Of a stretch of DNA of 32,000 nt, positions 26,165 through 32,000 are shown one piece after another. Position 1 is the first letter of the stretch. Each line of letters starts with the position of its first letter. The stretch is from Staphylothermus marinus F1. Its GTDB lineage: Archaea > Thermoproteota > Thermoprotei_A > Sulfolobales > Desulfurococcaceae. The notes beneath the pieces are model-generated. The model saw only the letters and a list, made by a program, of their open reading frames with translations. It had not been told where the DNA came from and made no database searches. The DNA is taken from NCBI RefSeq assembly GCF_000015945.1, contig NC_009033.1, positions 750,001-782,000 of the forward strand, given 5' to 3'. The position numbers and the translations under genes were made by a program.

Positions 26165-26527
26165 TTGGCTGAAGAACTAGATGTAGAGATATTAGAGGAG
26201 AAACTGTTATCAAATCCCGAAGCATACAAACTTCTTAAAAAAGCTGTTGATAAAATACAGGAGAGAGAAGGATCTGTATCGATGCTACTATCGAAGACCC
26301 TGCATTATCTATCTGAGTTCTCGAAAATGGAGCCTGAATCATCTGAAGCTTTAAGGAATGTACTTAAAAATATGGATTTGAAAGATGAAACAATAATTAT
26401 GATCATAAATATTTGTCCACAAACTCTTGACGAGCTCCGCATACTTTTCGAGCTTGAAGAAAAAGTTATTGATACGGAGACAGCTCAACAAATACTAGAG
26501 ACTATTAAACCGTATTGTAAAGAATGA
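26165..26527 (+). CDS. rpoF: DNA-directed RNA polymerase subunit F (Rpo4)
   Basis: 120 aa. 'INICPQTLDELRILF' resembles Sulfolobus Rpo4 'ICPTTSDEVRSIL'. The position between L21e and DUF655 is conserved in archaea. Confidence 0.8.
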   Translation: MAEELDVEILEEKLLSNPEAYKLLKKAVDKIQEREGSVSMLLSKTLHYLSEFSKMEPESSEALRNVLKNMDLKDETIIMIINICPQTLDELRILFELEEKVIDTETAQQILETIKPYCKE

Positions 26528-26651
26528 ACATGATTTTTGACAATCAACATTTTCTCTTTCCTAGTATTGTTTAACATAAAAAATTAAGGCTAGATATACG
26601 CAAATATAAGTAGTGTAGAAATACGGGATTTATCTCATCTAGGTGGGTTAA

Positions 26652-27293
26652 ATGTATGCTTATAGGAGAAGAACCGGTAGGCGCGGGGAGCGGCGGTTCT
26701 ATTGCAAGGAGCCCTACATGATTGTCCTCGACTTCATGGAGTTTGGTAATCCAACTGATAGACACTATGAGCACAGGAACCAGCCTGTTGCACAGGGTAT
26801 AGGTACAAAGTATTTTACCTTGTTAGAAGCTGTTCCTCTTCCAGCTATTAGGCTTGAAATATTTGAAAAAGTTGATCTAGGTCCTCATTCGAAAGTTCGT
26901 AGACCTATCTATATAGTTTACGATGACTTAACTAGTGTTGCTAGGACAAATCTCGAAGAAGCTGTTAAGAGAATTATTTTGGAAAATGAGAAATACTTTG
27001 TTGAATTCTTTAATATTGCTGAACCAGTCAATATAAGGCTTCACGCATTAGAATTATTGCCTGGAATAGGTAAGAAAACTATGAGGTCTATACTTTATGA
27101 ACGTGAACGTAAGAGATTTGAAAGCTTTAAGGATATACGTGAAAGAACAAAAATTGATCCAGTCAAGGTTTTGACAGAAAGAATAATTGATGAGCTTAGG
27201 GGAGGCGAGAAATACTATTTATTCATTAAACCTCCTGAAAGGAAGGGTATTTATCTAGGATATTTAGAGAGAATATACGGCGAGATCTTCTAG
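26652..27293 (+). CDS. DUF655 (COG1491) predicted nucleic-acid-binding protein
   Basis: 213 aa. 'IVLDFMEFGNP' (OB-like N-terminus) and an HhH-like 'LELLPGIGKKTMRSILYERE'. AGGTGG SD. Sits in the conserved rpoF-DUF655-ksgA context. Confidence 0.8.
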   Translation: MYAYRRRTGRRGERRFYCKEPYMIVLDFMEFGNPTDRHYEHRNQPVAQGIGTKYFTLLEAVPLPAIRLEIFEKVDLGPHSKVRRPIYIVYDDLTSVARTNLEEAVKRIILENEKYFVEFFNIAEPVNIRLHALELLPGIGKKTMRSILYERERKRFESFKDIRERTKIDPVKVLTERIIDELRGGEKYYLFIKPPERKGIYLGYLERIYGEIF

Positions 27294-27326
27294 ATCATAA
27301 CTATACCTCTCCTACAGTGGTTATTC

Positions 27327-28133
27327 TTGTCTGCTCCTCCACTAACTAGTAGTCGAGCACTATATTTTTGGACAATAAATCTTCTCAGAAAACACGGTAT
27401 AAGGCCTAGGAAGAAGCTTAGTCAAAACTTTATTGTGAATCCAAGAATTATACATGATTTCCTCAAGCATGTATTGCCTAATAAAACGTTGTTGGAGATT
27501 GGGGCTGGTATAGGTTCATTATCTTATTATTTATCGAGAAAAGCTTCGAAATATAGTGTTTTTATAGAAATTGATGAGAGATTATCGAGAATATGCAGGG
27601 ATCTAATTAGTCCTCGAGGAATACTGATCAATGGTAATGCTTTAGATCTTGATTGGAGTGTTGAACAAGTTATTTCAAACGCACCATACCATATTACAAG
27701 CGATATAATTGTTAAAACTGCTAGAAGCAATTCTGTTGGATACGCAGTTTTTGTTTTTCAAAAAGATGTAGTGGATAGATTACTGGCTAGGCCTGGCACT
27801 AAAGAATATGGTAGAATTACTGTTTTAACTAGATTAGTCTTCGATATAGAGAAGGGGCCTGTTTATCCACCAATATTTTTTTATCCTAGACCAGAGGTTT
27901 CGTCTCAAATGATTATTTTGAAGAGAAAACGTAGATATGATGAGGTTATATCAAGAGTTGAAGAAGTTACTAGATTATTATTTAGTAAGAGAAGGAAGAA
28001 AGCTTTAAAGACGATAATGAGTGAGCTGGGTTTAAACATTGACGTGATTCGTAGGCTAGGTATTGATGATAAAGCTAGAGTATATGATTTGTCTCCGGAG
28101 GTGTTCTTGAAATTAGCGGAGGAGATAATATAA
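27327..28133 (+). CDS. ksgA: 16S rRNA (adenine-N6,N6)-dimethyltransferase KsgA/Dim1
   Basis: 'KKLSQNFIVNPRI', 'LEIGAGIGSLS' and 'VISNAPYHITS' are KsgA motifs. Confidence 0.9.
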   Translation: MSAPPLTSSRALYFWTINLLRKHGIRPRKKLSQNFIVNPRIIHDFLKHVLPNKTLLEIGAGIGSLSYYLSRKASKYSVFIEIDERLSRICRDLISPRGILINGNALDLDWSVEQVISNAPYHITSDIIVKTARSNSVGYAVFVFQKDVVDRLLARPGTKEYGRITVLTRLVFDIEKGPVYPPIFFYPRPEVSSQMIILKRKRRYDEVISRVEEVTRLLFSKRRKKALKTIMSELGLNIDVIRRLGIDDKARVYDLSPEVFLKLAEEII

Positions 28134-28180
28134 GATATGTTGTCGACTTAGGTTTCTCTAGGTTAGCTGTATTCTACAAT

Positions 28181-28741
28181 GTGTATGAGCCGAGTGATGA
28201 TACTTGGTTATTACTGGAGACTATTAGGGATAATGATTATTTCAATAACTGTGTTGATCTAGGTTGTGGAACAGGTGTTGTGGGGTTATATTTGCTTTCA
28301 AAAAATATTTGTTCCAAAACATTATTTATAGATATTAATCCAGTTGCTCTTTTAAATACAGTATATAATCTTAAATTAAATAATTATCAGCATAAAGGAT
28401 TAGTTGCTTCCATAGATAATGATTCTATACTTGAGAATTATTTTGAACTAGTAGTTGCTAATCCACCATATCTCCCAGGTACTCCGGAGAACTTGTATGA
28501 TTATAGCTTAGTCGGCGGATCTAGGGGGTATGAGGCTGTTCTCGAATTCATAGATTCAGCATATTATCTCCTAGTTGAAAATGGTGTTTTCTACCTAGTA
28601 TATTCTTCGCTTTCACAACCAATTATTATTGAGAATTATTTGTCTAAGAAGTGTTTTCGTATTGTTAGGAAAAATATTAAGCATTTCTTTTTCGAAGACA
28701 TCATTGTTGTGGAGGCTGTTAAGAAGTGTATGTTAGAGTAG
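28181..28741 (+). CDS. HemK/Mtq2-like N5-glutamine (NPPY) methyltransferase
   Basis: 'VYEPSDDTWLLLE', 'VDLGCGTGVVG' and 'VANPPYLP'. Confidence 0.8.
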   Translation: MYEPSDDTWLLLETIRDNDYFNNCVDLGCGTGVVGLYLLSKNICSKTLFIDINPVALLNTVYNLKLNNYQHKGLVASIDNDSILENYFELVVANPPYLPGTPENLYDYSLVGGSRGYEAVLEFIDSAYYLLVENGVFYLVYSSLSQPIIIENYLSKKCFRIVRKNIKHFFFEDIIVVEAVKKCMLE

Positions 28742-29421
28742 TTCTTGTAGGGATCGAGGGATCTGTTAATCTAGGATTTATTGCTAGAACATGTGTTAAT
28801 TTCGGTGTAGACGAATTATACTTAGTTAAGCCTGCCGCTGATCTTGAGGAAGCTCTTAGATATGCTGCTAAGGCAAGTGATTATTTGAAGAAAGCTATTA
28901 TTGTCGATGATTTAGTGGATGCTATTAAAGATGTTGATCTAGTTGTAGCTACTACGGCTAAAGGCTATAGTGTTGGTGATGTGGTTAGACAAGCTGTTCC
29001 CCTCAGAGACTTTGTCGAAATGGTGAAGGGGCGTGTAAACAGGTTAGCTATATTGTTTGGGAGGGAAAGCACTGGTTTAACTAGGAAGGAGCTTAGATAT
29101 GCTGATGTCTTAGTAACTATTCCCGCTAATCCCGAGTATCCTGTTTTGAATCTTAGTCAAGCTGTTGCAGTGTTTTTATGGGAGATATGGAATATCAGGG
29201 GTGTTCGTGCAGAAAATATTCCTCCATCAGCCGGGAGAGATGAGATCGAGTTTATTCTTAAACTTATACATGATATTTCTAAGAAAGTTCTCGTTAAAGA
29301 TGAGAAGGTATCGAGAATTATGGAGATTTGGAAAAAGATTATTTATAGGTCTAGGATTAGCAAGTATGAAGCTAGACTTTTAACTTATTGGTTAAGAAAA
29401 GTTCTAGGTAAGCTAGAATAA
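28726..29421 (+). CDS. SPOUT (TrmH/SpoU group, TrmJ-like) RNA 2'-O-methyltransferase
   Basis: 'VVLVGIEGSVNLGFIARTCVNFG', 'ILFGRESTGL' and 'IPANPEYPVLNLSQAVAV' are SpoU motifs 1-3. Confidence 0.8.
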   Translation: MYVRVVLVGIEGSVNLGFIARTCVNFGVDELYLVKPAADLEEALRYAAKASDYLKKAIIVDDLVDAIKDVDLVVATTAKGYSVGDVVRQAVPLRDFVEMVKGRVNRLAILFGRESTGLTRKELRYADVLVTIPANPEYPVLNLSQAVAVFLWEIWNIRGVRAENIPPSAGRDEIEFILKLIHDISKKVLVKDEKVSRIMEIWKKIIYRSRISKYEARLLTYWLRKVLGKLE

Positions 29422-29426
29422 GTATT

Positions 29427-30101
29427 TTATGGATAAATTATTGTTCCCGGGTTTTCTCCTCTTAGTATATCGTATATGGTATTTGGTTTTTTGTAATGTG
29501 TAATGATTATTGTTATTTTGCTTCTCTCAGCAATGTCTAGTGCTCTTAGATCTATTAATGCGTATTCTCCTGGTAATTGTTTTTGTCTAAGTATTTCTCT
29601 CAGTTTTGCTATTGATATTTTATCGTATGGTTTTGCATCTGGATATTTCAGAGGATCTTTATCATAGACTTTGTCTATAGCAGAGTAATCTATTACTTTA
29701 CTGACTCCTAGAGCTTCAGCTACTTCTAATGCTACAGATGATGTTGATTGTCCAGGTATTAATCCTCCTAGAACAGCTATTTCATAGTTATTCATTATTC
29801 TCAATAATTCTTCTAGGTTGTTTACTGGTTCTGGATAGGCTTTGGGGTATAGGCTTGAAATTAATAAGTATGCGTTTAGTTGTGCTGATCTTATACCTAT
29901 CATGTCTAGCCAATAATTAGATGATACACCTATTTCTCTCGCATAACCAATGTATTTTCGTGCTAGTCCTCCTCCTCCGGTTATTATTGCTAATTTATAT
30001 TTTCCGCTTAGATCCTTGAATATTTCCACATATTTCTTTATTAAGGAAGCATTTGTGTCGAATAGTTTTCCAGTAATTTTTATGACTAACGTGTTGCTCA
30101 A
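29427..30101 (-). CDS. pyrH: UMP kinase (archaeal type)
   Basis: 'LVIKITGKLF' and 'IITGGGGLARKYI' (amino-acid kinase fold). 224 aa, typical of archaeal PyrH. Confidence 0.9.
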   Translation of the reverse strand: MSNTLVIKITGKLFDTNASLIKKYVEIFKDLSGKYKLAIITGGGGLARKYIGYAREIGVSSNYWLDMIGIRSAQLNAYLLISSLYPKAYPEPVNNLEELLRIMNNYEIAVLGGLIPGQSTSSVALEVAEALGVSKVIDYSAIDKVYDKDPLKYPDAKPYDKISIAKLREILRQKQLPGEYALIDLRALDIAERSKITIIITHYKKPNTIYDILRGENPGTIIYP

Positions 30102-30218
30102 CGCATAGCACCCTATATGTGTGGTAGTGATTATTTATTTATATATTTATAATTGTTGATAGTATTCTTTAAGACAATAATATGGATAGCTAAATATATT
30201 GACTGGGTGGTTATTGGT

Positions 30219-32000
30219 TTGTGCGGTATAATTGGGGTTGTTGCTTTACTTGGTAAGACTCCTTATAGTCCTGGTGTTATGGTTTATCGTGGTTTGTTAA
30301 GGCTTGAGTATAGAGGTTATGATTCTGCTGGTGTTGCTTCTGTTGTTGGTGGGTGTGTAAGGGTTTTGAAGGGGAAGGGTAGAATTGCTGATCTTGAGCG
30401 TAGAATTGGTTTATCGAGTATTGAGGGTTTAACTGTTATTGGCCATACTAGATGGGCTACTCACGGTACTCCTAGTGATAATAATGCTCATCCACATATT
30501 GATTGTTCTGGAAGAATAGCTGTTGTTCATAATGGTATTATTCAGAATTTTAGAGAATTAAAGAAAATGTTGATTGATAAGGGACATGTTTTTAGAAGTG
30601 ATACTGATACAGAGGTTTTTCCTCATCTTGTAGAGGAACTATATAAGAATACAAATGACCTCTTTAAAGCTTTTAGGAAAGCTGTTGAAATGATTGATGG
30701 AAGCTATGCATTAATAATGATCTCTAGTATTGAGCCTGATAAGATATTTTTTGCTAAGAAAGATAGTCCATTAATTATTGGATTGGGTGATGGATTCAAT
30801 ATTTTAGCTAGTGATATTCCTGCTTTACTAGAGTATACTAGGAGAATTATTACTGTTAGAGATGGGTGGTTAGGATATGTTACACCTACAAGTATTTATG
30901 TAGAGGATATTAGGGGTGGTGTGGTTGATTGGAGGAAATATGTTAGAGTTGTTGAGTGGAGTCTTGAAGACGCTACCCGTGGTGGTTATGCTCATTTCAT
31001 GCTTAAAGAAATCCATGAGCAACCTCGTGCATTGAAGGATACATATTATGGTATACTACATGATATTGCTGTTGATGAAACTGTTAAGTTAATGCTTGAT
31101 GCGGATAAGATATATGTTACAGCTGCTGGTACGAGTTTTCATGCATCATATTATTTTTCATTATTAATGAATACTTTGGGTAAGAGATTAGTTACACCAT
31201 TTATTGCTAGCGAGTATGAATCCTATTATTTAACTGCTAGTGATAGAGACTTATTAATTGTTGTTAGTCAAAGCGGGGAAACAATGGATGCTTTAAAAGC
31301 TTTGAGAGCTTTTAAGGATAGAGGTGTTAGAGTAGTAGCTGTTAGTAATGTTGTTGATTCAGCTATTCCTCGTGAAAGCAATATAGCAATCTATACTAGA
31401 GCCGGTCCAGAGATAGGTGTTGCTGCAACTAAAACATTTACTACTCAATCACTTGTATTGTCTTGGCTAGCAATAGCTTATGCTGAAGCATCTGGTTCTC
31501 TTAGAAAATCTGAGGCTGACAAGCTTCGTGAATGGCTTGGTAAGAGTGGGGAGGTTGTTGGTAAAGTAATTTCTCGTTCAGAACCTGTTGCTAAAAGATT
31601 GGCTGAATGGTTTAGAAGTATTGGTAATGCTTATTATTTAAGCAGATCTATCGGTGTACCAGTAGCTATGGAAGGAGCTTTAAAGCTTAAAGAAATAGCT
31701 TATATTCATGCAGAAGCTTATCCTGCAGGAGAATCTAAGCATGGCCCAATAGCTTTGGTTGAAGAAGAATTCCCGGTTGTTTTCACAATTCCTAATAGAG
31801 AAGATTTAGAGAAGTTATTGCTTGGAAATATTCAGGAAATGAAAGCTCGTGGAGCAGTTATTATTGGTGTAGCATCTGAGAATACTAGTTTAAGCGACCA
31901 GTTAGATTACCAGTTTAAAATACCTGATACACACTGGATACTAACACCAATAACACATATACCACCACAACAATTACTAGCATACTATACAGCGGTTAGT
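30219..32000 (+). CDS. glmS: Glutamine--fructose-6-phosphate aminotransferase (isomerising), 3'-partial
   Basis: A TTG start is followed directly by Cys ('CGIIGVV', the Ntn nucleophile). 'RLEYRGYDSAG', 'GHTRWATHG' and two SIS domains ('VSQSGETMDAL', 'ESKHGPIALV'). The frame is open to the window edge. Confidence 0.93.
   Translation, partial: MCGIIGVVALLGKTPYSPGVMVYRGLLRLEYRGYDSAGVASVVGGCVRVLKGKGRIADLERRIGLSSIEGLTVIGHTRWATHGTPSDNNAHPHIDCSGRIAVVHNGIIQNFRELKKMLIDKGHVFRSDTDTEVFPHLVEELYKNTNDLFKAFRKAVEMIDGSYALIMISSIEPDKIFFAKKDSPLIIGLGDGFNILASDIPALLEYTRRIITVRDGWLGYVTPTSIYVEDIRGGVVDWRKYVRVVEWSLEDATRGGYAHFMLKEIHEQPRALKDTYYGILHDIAVDETVKLMLDADKIYVTAAGTSFHASYYFSLLMNTLGKRLVTPFIASEYESYYLTASDRDLLIVVSQSGETMDALKALRAFKDRGVRVVAVSNVVDSAIPRESNIAIYTRAGPEIGVAATKTFTTQSLVLSWLAIAYAEASGSLRKSEADKLREWLGKSGEVVGKVISRSEPVAKRLAEWFRSIGNAYYLSRSIGVPVAMEGALKLKEIAYIHAEAYPAGESKHGPIALVEEEFPVVFTIPNREDLEKLLLGNIQEMKARGAVIIGVASENTSLSDQLDYQFKIPDTHWILTPITHIPPQQLLAYYTAVS

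Noticed and set aside
1-32000. CRISPR arrays, rRNA genes, SRP/RNase P RNAs
   Set aside because: I found no regularly spaced 24-40 bp repeats. The only extended GC-rich (structured-RNA-like) blocks are the tRNA and the tnpB 3' end.

Overview
This is an AT-rich archaeal chromosome segment. The gene content and the GGTGA-type Shine-Dalgarno motifs suggest a hyperthermophilic crenarchaeon of the Desulfurococcales type; that assignment is inference only.

The window has three parts.

(1) 1-7.6 kb: housekeeping and salvage genes on the minus strand (a SIS-domain protein, MTA phosphorylase, a purine-type phosphoribosyltransferase, a flavin-reductase-like protein). A 1.2 kb gene-poor stretch of decayed fragments follows, then two uncharacterised minus-strand genes. 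Next comes a plus-strand cluster: YbjQ, a YhfC-like membrane protein, another membrane protein, PadR and a DUF1648 protein.

(2) About 7.65-20.2 kb: an accessory defence and mobilome island. In order it contains:
- a solo IS end;
- an MNT/HepT toxin-antitoxin pair with a frameshifted HepT;
- a complete type I restriction-modification operon (hsdM with an N-terminal wHTH-like extension, hsdS, hsdR) plus a tightly coupled DUF45/YgjP HExxH metallopeptidase and a truncated SocA/Panacea-like ORF. This cassette is bracketed by direct copies of an AC-rich repeat of about 150-165 bp and followed by a decayed 65-nt copy of an internal hsdR segment;
- a bacterioferritin-like gene;
- tRNA-Leu(GAG);
- a 1.36 kb TnpB-only IS whose TnpB has no zinc-ribbon cysteines and whose 3' end forms three GC-rich perfect stems (omega/reRNA candidate);
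- a second HEPN/nucleotidyltransferase pair.

(3) 20.3-32 kb: membrane proteins, then a conserved archaeal informational cluster (SRP54, TrmY-like, Pus10, L21e, RpoF, DUF655, KsgA, HemK-like methyltransferase, TrmJ-like SPOUT methyltransferase, UMP kinase, GlmS).

I saw no CRISPR array and no rRNA gene. All functional calls rest on motif recognition by eye; no database search was run.
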